From NCBI GenBank assembly GCA_965140585.1, contig OZ223267.1:224001-288000 (forward strand): 64,000 nt of DNA, read 5' to 3'. Positions 1 to 9,104 of this stretch are shown here, one piece after another. Below the pieces are notes generated by a model. That model was not told the origin of the DNA, ran no database searches, and was given only the letters and a program-made list of their open reading frames with translations. Position 1 is the stretch's first letter; each line of letters opens with the position of its first letter. A program made the translations under genes and the position numbers. This DNA comes from Spirochaetia bacterium (lineage in GTDB: Bacteria > Spirochaetota > Spirochaetia > UBA9216).

Positions 1-543
1 TCCGAGGCGTCAAGGTTTATATGCGAGCTTGAGAAAACAGCTCTTCCGGAAAGAGCGCCGCTTGGAAGTGGTTCGATCTGTATTACCGGAATTAGCGGAG
101 GGGGAAAGACCTGCTCTGTTGCGGAGGATGCGTCTGTTACGGTGCTGCGGCATGTAACACTCGGTGAGGACCCGCAGCTGCTTATGCAGGAGATTGATGC
201 TGCTGCGCAGCGCGCCGGAATCCGCTGTGACTATGAGGTCAAGTTTCGTGGGGCTCCGGGGCCGGGAAGCGAAGGCTTTCATCCCTATGTTGTGGATAAA
301 AACAGTCCTGAAAGCAGACTCCTGATGGAAAGCATCCTAGATGTTACCGGCCGGGAGGCTGATACAGCTTATTTTTCAAGCATCGGTGATTTTAATTATA
401 TAAGCAGCAGGGCGGGAATCCCGGCCTATATCTTCGGTCCGGACGGCGGAAACTACCACGGTCCGGATGAATACGTAATAATTGATTCAGTGGTTGAAAC
501 CGCGAAAGTAATACTTGATTTTATTATCAGATTTTTTAGGTAG
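1..543 (+). CDS. M20 family metallopeptidase/deacylase (ArgE/YodQ-like), 5' end outside the window
   Basis: Frame 1 is open from base 1 (SEASRFICEL...GSICITGISGG..CSVAEDASV, dimerisation-domain-like). The C-terminus has the M20 motif GDFNY...FGPDGGNYHGPDEYV. Confidence 0.8.
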   Translation, partial: SEASRFICELEKTALPERAPLGSGSICITGISGGGKTCSVAEDASVTVLRHVTLGEDPQLLMQEIDAAAQRAGIRCDYEVKFRGAPGPGSEGFHPYVVDKNSPESRLLMESILDVTGREADTAYFSSIGDFNYISSRAGIPAYIFGPDGGNYHGPDEYVIIDSVVETAKVILDFIIRFFR

Positions 544-549
544 GTTACT

Positions 550-1833
550 ATGAAAAAATACAGCAGAGTCAGCTATAAGGATGTGCCGCTTTACAGTAAT
601 GTAACGGAAGAGCAATGGAACGACTGGCGATGGCAGATGAAAAACTGCATTACCGATATTGAAACACTTTCAAAGATTACAGAGCTTGATGAAAAAGAAA
701 TTGAAGATCTTGAAAAAACGCTTAAAAAGTTCAAAATGTCCATCACCCCCTATTACGCCATGCTTATGGACAGGAGCTACAAACTCTGCTCAGTCAGACT
801 TCAGGCAATTCCGAGGGTAGAGGAACTTAATTACGATGAATCGGATATGGACGATCCTCTTCATGAGGATGTTGATTCATCGGTGCCTGGACTGACTCAC
901 AGGTATCCTGACCGGGTTCTTCTTCTTGTTACGAGTATCTGTTCAATGAACTGCCGGCACTGTACACGTCGGAGACTCGTCGGCCAGAAGGATACCCATA
1001 TGAGCTGGGACCGTATTCAAATGGCAATTGATTACATACGGGAGCATACCGAGGTAAGGGATGTCCTTATATCCGGAGGTGATCCGCTTACGCTGGCTGA
1101 TTCATATCTTGAACGGATACTTAAAGCTCTGCGGGAAATCCCGCATGTTGAGATAATCCGGATAGGAACAAGAACACCGGTAGTAATGCCGATGAGGATA
1201 ACCGATGAACTCACGGACATGCTGAAAAAATATCATCCACTCTATATAAATACTCATTTCAACCATTACTCCGAGGTTACCTATGAGGCAAAGCAGGCAT
1301 GCGAAAAACTTGCCAACGCGGGAATTCCGCTCGGCAACCAGAGTGTTCTTCTTCGTGATGTAAACGACTGTCCGAGGATTATGAAAAAGCTTGTGCATGA
1401 GCTTCTGATGATCCGGGTCAAACCCTATTATATCTACCAGTGCGATCTTTCAAGCGGCATATCGCATTTCAGGGTTTCGGTTTCAAAGGGCATTGAGATT
1501 GTTGAAAGCCTGCGCGGCCATACAACAGGTATGGCTGTTCCTACATACGTAGTTGATGCCCCCGGCGGCGGCGGAAAAATCCCTCTTATGCCCAATTATC
1601 TTCTATCGCATTCGGACAAACGTTATGTGCTCAGAAACTATGAGGGGGTAATAACCACCTACACTCAGCCGGCCAATATCTTTTCGGAATGCTGGTGCGA
1701 GCTGTGTAAAAATGATGAGTACGGGCCTCTGGATGGAGTGGCTAAACTGCTCAACGGAAAAAAGCTTGCCCTGGAACCAAAAGGTCTTGTCAGGAGGATG
1801 AGGAGCCTGAATGGTAAAAAACAGGGCGAATAG
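550..1833 (+). CDS. kamA: Lysine 2,3-aminomutase (radical SAM, PLP-dependent)
   Basis: WNDWRWQ N-terminus, HRYPDR, CxxxCxxC (CSMNCRHC), DAPGGGGK PLP-lysine motif, C-terminal Cys cluster (CWCELC). Confidence 0.93.
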   Translation: MKKYSRVSYKDVPLYSNVTEEQWNDWRWQMKNCITDIETLSKITELDEKEIEDLEKTLKKFKMSITPYYAMLMDRSYKLCSVRLQAIPRVEELNYDESDMDDPLHEDVDSSVPGLTHRYPDRVLLLVTSICSMNCRHCTRRRLVGQKDTHMSWDRIQMAIDYIREHTEVRDVLISGGDPLTLADSYLERILKALREIPHVEIIRIGTRTPVVMPMRITDELTDMLKKYHPLYINTHFNHYSEVTYEAKQACEKLANAGIPLGNQSVLLRDVNDCPRIMKKLVHELLMIRVKPYYIYQCDLSSGISHFRVSVSKGIEIVESLRGHTTGMAVPTYVVDAPGGGGKIPLMPNYLLSHSDKRYVLRNYEGVITTYTQPANIFSECWCELCKNDEYGPLDGVAKLLNGKKLALEPKGLVRRMRSLNGKKQGE

Positions 1834-2860
1834 GCTCATAGATATTATCAATGACAGCTGTGTCGAATCTCTTGCGATAATAGGTCTTGCCAAGAACGCG
1901 GGCAAGACCGTTACCATGAACACCCTTATTAAGGAAACTCAGCCGCGGGGGCAGAAGATTACCGTAGTTTCATACGGACGTGACGGTGAGGATACTGATG
2001 CTATAACCCTGAAAAAAAAGCCTCATATTTTTATACCTGCCGGTTCATATTTCGTGACAGGCTCGGAAATACTCAAGCGTACCGGCAGGCAGGCCAGGGT
2101 TATCTGTGAACTGGAAGACAGGACCCGTATAGGAAGGGTCTGCCTGTATGAGAATGATTCCGCGGGCTTTGAGGTAGAACTGATAGGAGTTAACAGCAGA
2201 AGAGGTATTGCCGGGCTGAAAGAACAGCTTCCTGCTGATTCAGAGCTTCTGCTTGTTGACGGGGCTCTTGACCGCCGCAGTTCCGCGGTGCCGGAGCTGG
2301 CAGACGGAATAATCCTTGCAACCGGAGCTGTCGTAGGTAATACCGAGGAGCTCATTGCAGAACGGACTATGGCGGAAATTGAGCGTCTGATGCTCCCGGT
2401 ACATGAAGAGCCTCCGGAATTAATCGGTAAAATTCTTGGCGAGGGTCTTTCAGCCGTTATTTACGAGGGTGAGATAAAATCGGCCGGGAATACTCTTTTT
2501 AATATTTCTGATTCTGTCGATTTCAGCAGTATCGCCAGGGATAGCATCCTTGTCCTCAACGGGGCGCTCACCGACCGTCTTGCAGAAACTCTGCTTGCGG
2601 GGCGTGCCGAGAACTTTTCAATAGTTGTCCGGGACGGCACCCGTGTTTTTCTTAACCAGCGCAATATGAAATTATTCAGAATAAAAGGAATCAAACTCTA
2701 TGTTCAGTCCGGGATTAAACTGCTTGCCCTGACGATTAATCCCTACAGCCCCTACGGTTTTTCTGCGGATTCGGAAACTCTGTCTGCAAAAATCAGGGAA
2801 TACCTTGAAAGAGCGGGGCGGGATATTCCTGTTTATGATGTGCTCTCTGAATCTTATTAA
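1811..2860 (+). CDS. kamB: KamB-like P-loop protein (putative lysine 5,6-aminomutase reactivase subunit)
   Basis: IIGLAKNAGKT P-loop, SYGRDGE and LVDGALDRRS motifs; overlaps the 3' end of kamA as in clostridial kam clusters. Confidence 0.7.
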   Translation: MVKNRANRLIDIINDSCVESLAIIGLAKNAGKTVTMNTLIKETQPRGQKITVVSYGRDGEDTDAITLKKKPHIFIPAGSYFVTGSEILKRTGRQARVICELEDRTRIGRVCLYENDSAGFEVELIGVNSRRGIAGLKEQLPADSELLLVDGALDRRSSAVPELADGIILATGAVVGNTEELIAERTMAEIERLMLPVHEEPPELIGKILGEGLSAVIYEGEIKSAGNTLFNISDSVDFSSIARDSILVLNGALTDRLAETLLAGRAENFSIVVRDGTRVFLNQRNMKLFRIKGIKLYVQSGIKLLALTINPYSPYGFSADSETLSAKIREYLERAGRDIPVYDVLSESY

Positions 2861-2900
2861 AAATTAATGATATTAACGATTATTAAGTTATAATGATTTG

Positions 2901-3786
2901 ATGTCATTAAACGCTATTCTTCAACAGCTCTATTTTACCGGTTTTGTTTTATTTTTCTATGGCTCTGGGGTTTAACGCTCAATTTAAGAAACGGGATATA
3001 ATACATGCGGTTCCTTTCATTCTTTCACTCTGCCTTATAGGAATTATCAATTATTTTGCACGTAGTGAAAACTTTTATGAGCATTTTCGATATGAATATT
3101 TTCCTTTTTACGAACAAAGAAATCCTCTGTTTTTAGTAGCAACATTCTCTGATATCTCCATTTCAGGCTATATTCTGATGACGCTTTTTAGAATATTTAA
3201 ATTGCTGAAAGGAGAGACCCCCGAAAAGGAAATACGTCTGATGATTGTTTTTCTTTTCCTGATGATCATAAGTTCGGTTCTTTTAATATTAGGAGGCATG
3301 TCAGGACTGATCTTTTTCCTGATTTTGGGAGTAGGCAGCTTTACAGTCATTGGAGCTGTCTATGTATTGTTTTCTTTCAGATATCCTGAACTCAGTATGA
3401 AAGTTTTAAGGGAAACAAAGATACTTCAGCAGAATAAATCCAATATTAAATATATTGATGTTTCATCAATTCTGGAAAACCTTAATGCCCTAATGGAAAA
3501 CGAAAAACTATATCTTCAGGAGAACATAAACCTTAAAAATTTAAGATCAAGACTGAAAATAACTTCTCACCAGCTGTCACGAATATTAAATGAATATCTT
3601 CAAGTCAATTTCAGAACATATATAAATTCATACCGCATAAAAGAAGCCATTGCTCTTTTGGAATCTTCTCATGAGCTGGGGATTCTGGAAATATCAATTG
3701 CAGCCAGATTTAATTCAAAATCATCGTTTTATACCGCATTTCAAAAAGAGACAGGCTGCCTTCCCGCTGAATACCGAAAAAAATGA
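2901..3786 (+). pseudogene. Membrane-anchored AraC-family regulator, N-terminus disrupted
   Basis: ORF 2944-3786 has hydrophobic helices plus an AraC HTH (HQLSRILN...NFRTYINSYRI...FNSKSSFYTAFQKETG). The likely start, ATG 2901 after TATAAT 2889-2894, is out of frame with it. The conserved GF is replaced by RF. Confidence 0.6.
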
Positions 3787-3808
3787 GTTCGGAATTATAA
3801 TTCCGGAC
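3787..3808. promoter_or_regulatory. Palindromic candidate operator between araC and the lipoprotein gene
   Basis: Perfect 16-bp palindrome CGGAATTATAATTCCG (3790-3805), extendable to 22 bp with one mismatch. Confidence 0.5.
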
Positions 3809-3865
3809 GAAATCAGACTCCTGTAATGTTAATGTTTTTATATAAAGACCTTTTACGGAGAGTCT

Positions 3866-5741
3866 ATGAAAAAGATAAAAGTTCCTTCAGTAATTATTTT
3901 GATTTCAGTCTTGTTTTCAGGATGCGACCCCGATGAACCCGGGGTGGATAGTGATTTATATCTGTATATAGGCTTGTCCCATGACAGCGCCGGAAGCGGA
4001 GCTCTTGATGAGGCAGTTACATCAGTAAACGGGGTGTATTCCGCCGGGGATGGAATAACAGCCACGGCCAAGGCAGATTCCGGGCACCTTTACCGGCTGG
4101 TATGATTCAAAGGGCGGCGGCATGCTTATATCTGCTGAAAACCCGTATATCTTCGATATTGAAGCTGATACTTATCTATATGCCTCTTTTTCCGAGACGA
4201 CAACCGTGGTTGATGATTCAGACGCTCCGGCTGAGGTTGCGGATTTTTCCATCTCGCATATCGGCGGAGGCGTTGCCGTTATGGACTGGACTGATCCTGC
4301 GGACAGCGATTTTGACCATGTTGAGATTTTTGTATCGCCTGCTGAATCTCCTGCCGTTACAAGCACAACTTCAGTACGTGACGGTATGGAAAGCGCAACA
4401 CTTACCGATCTTATTAGTGAAACCTTCTATAATGTAACATTAAAGACTGTAGATACCGTGGGCAATACCTCTTCCAGTATATCTTTCACTGTATACATGC
4501 CTGCTACCTTTACTGCAGTTAGTTCATTTCTCACTAATAGTGATGGAGCCGCCTTAAACAGCACCTTAACCTCAGATCTTGCCGGATACTATATTCTGGC
4601 AGTCGATGTGGATCTTAATAGCGTTAGCTGGACACCGGTAGGCAGCGATTCAACCCCTTTTACCGGTATCTTTGACGGCGGCGGGCGGTCAATCTCCAAC
4701 CTGACGATTAACGCATCCGGATCGGATAATTATCAGGGATTTTTCGGTTATAACTCCGGTAAATTAATTAATATATGTCTGACAGAATCCTCAGTTATAG
4801 GTTCAGGTTATGTGGGAGCTCTGGCTGGAAATAATTCCGGCGGCATAATAATTGATTGCAATATCGCTGGTTATGCTACAGGAACAAGCAATATAGGTGG
4901 TCTTGCTGGAGCAAACACAGGCACAATCACCAACTGTTCTTTCTCTGGAAATGTCTCGGGAACGACTAATAATATAGGTGGCCTGATTGAATACAACGCC
5001 GGACAGGTATTCAGCAGTCATTCCACAGGCACAATCGCGGCATATGAGCATGTTGGCGGACTGATTGGAAAGAACGATAATGCTGTCTACAACAGTTATG
5101 CTACAGGCTCTGTATCAGTCGCAGACAACTATGCCGGCGGGCTGACTGGAGAAAATTACGGTGGAATAATTATTAACTGCTATGCCACTGGAGCTGTTTC
5201 AGGAGAAGGGTATTATTATGAAGGTCTGGCTGGAAAAAATAGCGGCTCTGTTACAAACAGTTATTCCACGAGATCTGTAACAGGGACATCCTATGCCGGC
5301 GGGTTCGTTGGAGAGAATAATGGGGGTACAGTAACGGATTGTTGTGCAACAGGCAATGTCTCAGGTCAAAACATTTTTAACGGACTATCTGGATTGCAGA
5401 CTTCTTATGCGGTAGGAGGGCTGGCGGGAAACAATACCGGTGTTATTATGAACTGCTATTCTGCAGGTTCAGTTTCCGGCTATAACAGCTTAGGTGCCCT
5501 TCTGGGTAATAACCCAAGCGTAGCTACAGTAAGCAATTGTTATGCTGACAGTTCAGTCAACAGCAGTTTATCTATAATCGGAACTAACAGCGGTACATTT
5601 ACAGGTTCCATGCTTTCGACAGCTCAGATGCAGTCTTCGGGATTTTACGGCAGCAGTTGGGACTTTGTAAATACCTGGGCGATCAGCAGCAGTGTTAACA
5701 GCGGTTATCCATATTTAAGAGAGCTGGTTGATTCCTATTGA
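3866..5741 (+). pseudogene. Frameshifted surface lipoprotein: InlB B-repeat-like, FN3-like and GLUG-repeat domains
   Basis: Lipobox LFSGC in ORF 3866-4105. The motif ATAKADSGH/FTGWY...ENPYIF continues in the +1 frame at about 4088 into ORF 4122-5741, which has WTDPADSDFDHVEI, FTGIFDGGG and many GGLxGxN repeats. Confidence 0.75.
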
Positions 5742-5771
5742 TGGGTTTCTATTATGTATTACGGAGAAATT

Positions 5772-5990
5772 ATGAAAAAGATAAAAGTTACTTCAGCATT
5801 TACTATAATTGTTTTGCTGATTTCAGGCTTGTTTTTCGGATGCAACCCCGATAATCCGGGGGTGGAGGGGGAGCTATACCTGTATATAGGTCTGTATCAT
5901 GGCTGCGCCGGTAGCGGCGATCTTGACGAAGCCTCTACATCGGTGAATGGAATATATTCCGTTGGGGAGAAGGTAACCGCTACTGCTTGA
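5772..5990 (+). pseudogene. Truncated paralog of the 3866 lipoprotein N-terminus
   Basis: MKKIKV...GCNPDNPGVEGELYLYIGL...SVNGIYSVGEKVTATA aligns with ORF 3866. The upstream TTACGGAGA RBS context is also shared. It stops at TGA 5988. Confidence 0.7.
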
Positions 5991-6028
5991 AGGTTAAAAT
6001 TTAATTGTGTTATAACGGGTTTTTATCA

Positions 6029-6046
6029 GGGGGCTTCTCAGCCCCC
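6029..6046. terminator. GC-rich hairpin between convergent genes
   Basis: GGGGGCT-TCTC-AGCCCCC stem-loop with AT-rich flanks and only a weak U-tract. Confidence 0.5.
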
Positions 6047-6087
6047 ATATTATTTAGTTTTGCATCTAAGAATAGATCCGGGGAAGA

Positions 6088-6990
6088 CTATTCCCCGTCG
6101 TCCTCATCATCGTCATCATCACTAAGAACATTATCGTTCTCAAAAGCCACTTTCGCGGTAGCACTTGCACCCTGATTTGCATCTAGGAAGAAGTCAACAT
6201 AAAAGTTCTGAATAATCGATTCTGCAGTCGGTGTGCTTCCAACTGTTACTGAGAATGAACTCAAATCGATATCGATGTCCACTGCGCTGATTGTCTCATC
6301 AACAAAAACTGAAGTCGTACCGTCTTCATTTGCAATTGATATGGAGATGGGAATAAGAATCATGTCACCGAGGAAAGATTTATCTCTTGCATCTGCAAGC
6401 TGCTTTACGGATGATGGGCGTGTTTCCGTTTCTGCAACAAGTGATGAGGAATCTGTATCATACCATTTAAATACACCGCCGTCTGCTATAAGCAGATCCC
6501 CTTTCTGGTAGGGCGCCACATTCCCGCCGGATACTCTCACTGTGTATTCGCTTGAGTCATAGGTAAAAGTAAAATCATAGTATTTTCCGTACAGGGCGAT
6601 AGCGCTTGAATCACCGCCGCTCCCCTGAAGATCTCCGGCATTATGCGACCATTCCACCGGTACACTCAGATCAAACTCCTCAAACAGACAGCCTTCTATG
6701 GCTACCGGCCCGCGTTCTTCATTTGCTGTATAGACGGTGTATGCATAGGGTTCTCCGTCTACGGGAAACAAAACAGCATTCATCTGCCCGCTGATATTTG
6801 TAAGCACTGGCGGATCGGGCGGTGCCGCAGCCCTTGATAGTCTTGCCCCTGTTTCCAGATCACTGCTGTGAAGTATTGTCAGAATAGGATAATCCAAATC
6901 CTGCTCTTCTTCACATGAAATTAGGATTATTGATATAAGTATCAGCAGCACTGCTATAAATCTCTTTTTATTCAATTTGTCCCTCCGCAT
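6088..6990 (-). CDS. Hypothetical lipoprotein with acidic C-terminal tail
   Basis: Basic-hydrophobic signal with lipobox ILISC. The true start may be TTG 6975, which follows GGAGGG. Confidence 0.65.
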   Translation of the reverse strand: MRRDKLNKKRFIAVLLILISIILISCEEEQDLDYPILTILHSSDLETGARLSRAAAPPDPPVLTNISGQMNAVLFPVDGEPYAYTVYTANEERGPVAIEGCLFEEFDLSVPVEWSHNAGDLQGSGGDSSAIALYGKYYDFTFTYDSSEYTVRVSGGNVAPYQKGDLLIADGGVFKWYDTDSSSLVAETETRPSSVKQLADARDKSFLGDMILIPISISIANEDGTTSVFVDETISAVDIDIDLSSFSVTVGSTPTAESIIQNFYVDFFLDANQGASATAKVAFENDNVLSDDDDDEDDGE

Positions 6991-7020
6991 ACGATTTTCT
7001 TTATTTTAATAAAGAAAATT

Positions 7021-8763
7021 TCAGACCACAAGCATAAAAAGCCATCCTGCCATGACGGCAAGACCGATTGAAAATGAGATGAAAAGACCGCTGTAGCTGC
7101 GTGGACGGTCTCTGATGATTCTAAGGACTGATTTGCCCGGTGCCGTTTTAAACAGCAGATATATTATTAATCCGCATATGAGTATTATTCCTGTTTTTAT
7201 CAGGCTGTCTGTAGAATATAGTGTAGGCGGGATGACTTTTACCTTGGCATCGATGCCTGCAGGGTTGAGAAGATGCCCTACGAGAACTGAAAGATACGGG
7301 GCTGCAATTCCGGCTGCAAGGCAGAGGAGTGAAAGAAAAAACTGTGCAATTTCAGCAGTGGGACTTATACGTTTTCCCGATGGTTCAAACTTTTCAACAA
7401 TCTCCTTCCTCCCGGCGGGCAGAAAGATTCTTGAAAGCTTGATAAATGAAGCAATGGTTCCGATGCTTGCGATAGTAAGAATTGTGTATTCCCATCTTCC
7501 TTTAAGGCCGTACAGGAGAGCCGACTTGCTGGCAAATCCGTTTAAAGGCGGAATAGCGGAAATTGCCATAGCGGCAAGGAAAAAGGCAACGGCTGTATAC
7601 GGTAAACGTTCTCCGGCTTTTTTCAGAAGAGCCGCCCCGTTTCTAAGTTTATATACATCACGCTCACCGGTGAGATCCGTCAGACTTCCTACTGTGAGAA
7701 AGAGGGCTCCCTTGAACATTGCATGATACATGGCGTGAAGAAAAGCCGCTGTCATCAGTACCAGCCCAGCCTGACTGTGCAGCCCAATACTTACAGCCGC
7801 TCCCCATGCACAGACTATATAGCCGATCTGACTGATGGAATGATAGGCAAGCAGGCGTTTCGCATCTTTCTGTGAAAGAGCAATTATAACCGCAGCAAGG
7901 GCTGTGATTCCGCCGGCATAGCCAAGCAGCCTGCCGGCTGCTGCACCGAAGGGGAGTATAAGCAGAATTCTTGAAAGGGCAAAAAGCGGAGTTTTTATAA
8001 GTACTCCCGACAGAACTGCAGAAACTGCGTGCGGTGCCATTGCATGGGCATCCGGCAGCCATCCGTAGAGGGGCAGAACTGCAACCCTCAATGCAACGGC
8101 TGCAACAACCAGTGCCAGAGAAAGTGCCGCTGTTGTCCCTCCGTTGTTTTCAAGAACTGAAAGACCTGTAGCTATACCTTCATAGGAGAGGGCGCCTGTC
8201 AGCCGGTAGAATCCGTAGAGTCCTGCCAGAAAGAATATCATTGCGGTGGCGCTCACCATCAGATAGGAAAATGCTGCAAGGTAGGCTCCCTTTTTCTCTG
8301 AAAAGGTAACCAGTATGTATGAGGCTATTCCCATAACTTCCAGACAGACAAAAAGGTTGAACATATCAGCTGTTATAGCAGTGGCTGTCAGAGCCGCTGT
8401 CTGAATTAGAAATATTGAGGTGAATTTAGGCCCCTTTGGACCGGCTCCTGCTGAATAGAGCCAGGCAGGCATCGCAACCGAGTATCCAAGAAAAATAACA
8501 AGCCATGCCAGGCCGTCAAACTTGTAGGTTATTCCGACACCGGAATGCCAGTCTCCGATTATACCTGAATAAATCTCTCCCCGCATCAGCCAGGGCAGTA
8601 TCGAAAACAGTATCAGCCATGGAAGGAGCAGGCCGATTGCTGCTCCAAGATATTCAAGAATTTTCTGCTGCCGGTTTTTAAAGAAGGCTTTTGAGCAGAA
8701 GACTACTGCAGCCCCGAAAAGAGGAAGCAGAACAGGCAGGAAAATCAGATCTGAAGCACTCAT
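7021..8763 (-). CDS. mnhD: Mrp/Mnh antiporter subunit D-like (MbhH/NuoL-M-N family)
   Basis: DMFNLFVCLE, WLPDAHAMAP, KRLLAYHSISQIGY, HAMFKGALF and PPLNGFASK motifs. Confidence 0.85.
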   Translation of the reverse strand: MSASDLIFLPVLLPLFGAAVVFCSKAFFKNRQQKILEYLGAAIGLLLPWLILFSILPWLMRGEIYSGIIGDWHSGVGITYKFDGLAWLVIFLGYSVAMPAWLYSAGAGPKGPKFTSIFLIQTAALTATAITADMFNLFVCLEVMGIASYILVTFSEKKGAYLAAFSYLMVSATAMIFFLAGLYGFYRLTGALSYEGIATGLSVLENNGGTTAALSLALVVAAVALRVAVLPLYGWLPDAHAMAPHAVSAVLSGVLIKTPLFALSRILLILPFGAAAGRLLGYAGGITALAAVIIALSQKDAKRLLAYHSISQIGYIVCAWGAAVSIGLHSQAGLVLMTAAFLHAMYHAMFKGALFLTVGSLTDLTGERDVYKLRNGAALLKKAGERLPYTAVAFFLAAMAISAIPPLNGFASKSALLYGLKGRWEYTILTIASIGTIASFIKLSRIFLPAGRKEIVEKFEPSGKRISPTAEIAQFFLSLLCLAAGIAAPYLSVLVGHLLNPAGIDAKVKVIPPTLYSTDSLIKTGIILICGLIIYLLFKTAPGKSVLRIIRDRPRSYSGLFISFSIGLAVMAGWLFMLVV

Positions 8764-9104
8764 TTTGAGTCCCTGTTTATTTTTCTGCGGATTTCATCTA
8801 TATCGAAGGTTCCTGTTGAATTAAAAAGCCGGTAGGCTATAGAGAGGGCAAGGGCAGTAACACAGACTCCGATTACTATAGCAGTTAACATAAGGGCCTG
8901 GGGTACCGGGTCAACTATTGAGTTTATACCCTCACTCAGTATGGGTGCACTATCTCCAATTAGCGCGCCTTCCTTTACAAAGAGGATTACTATTGTGCTG
9001 TTAAGTATGCATAATCCGAAGATTTTTTTAATAATATTCTTCTTTCCTACAACTCCGTAAAATCCCGTAAGAAACAGAACCAGCAGCAGAATACGGTCTA
9101 ACAT
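8760..9104 (-). CDS. mnhC: Mrp/Mnh subunit C
   Basis: NIIKKIFGL and DPVPQALMLTAIVIG motifs. Confidence 0.88.
   Translation of the reverse strand: MLDRILLLVLFLTGFYGVVGKKNIIKKIFGLCILNSTIVILFVKEGALIGDSAPILSEGINSIVDPVPQALMLTAIVIGVCVTALALSIAYRLFNSTGTFDIDEIRRKINRDSK

Noticed and set aside
550-1833. EF-P beta-lysylation enzyme EpmB instead of KamA
   Set aside because: The length (427 aa), PGGGGK motif, C-terminal Cys cluster and kamB neighbour fit KamA; no efp or epmA is adjacent within the window.
4102-4437. 111-aa ORF overlapping the GLUG gene
   Set aside because: Alternative-frame shadow of the real coding frame, with no recognisable motifs.
4800-5520. GLUG region as a CRISPR array or DGR-type repeat
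   Set aside because: The repetition is at protein level with diverged codons; there are no identical DNA repeats, spacers or reverse transcriptase gene.
6091-6122. GAT/GAC trinucleotide run as a contingency repeat
   Set aside because: It is short and imperfect and simply encodes the acidic tail DDDDDEDD in frame.
5988-6125. TGA read-through or selenocysteine extending the truncated lipoprotein paralog
   Set aside because: The downstream frame does not align convincingly with the paralog, crosses the terminator-like hairpin and runs into the convergent gene.
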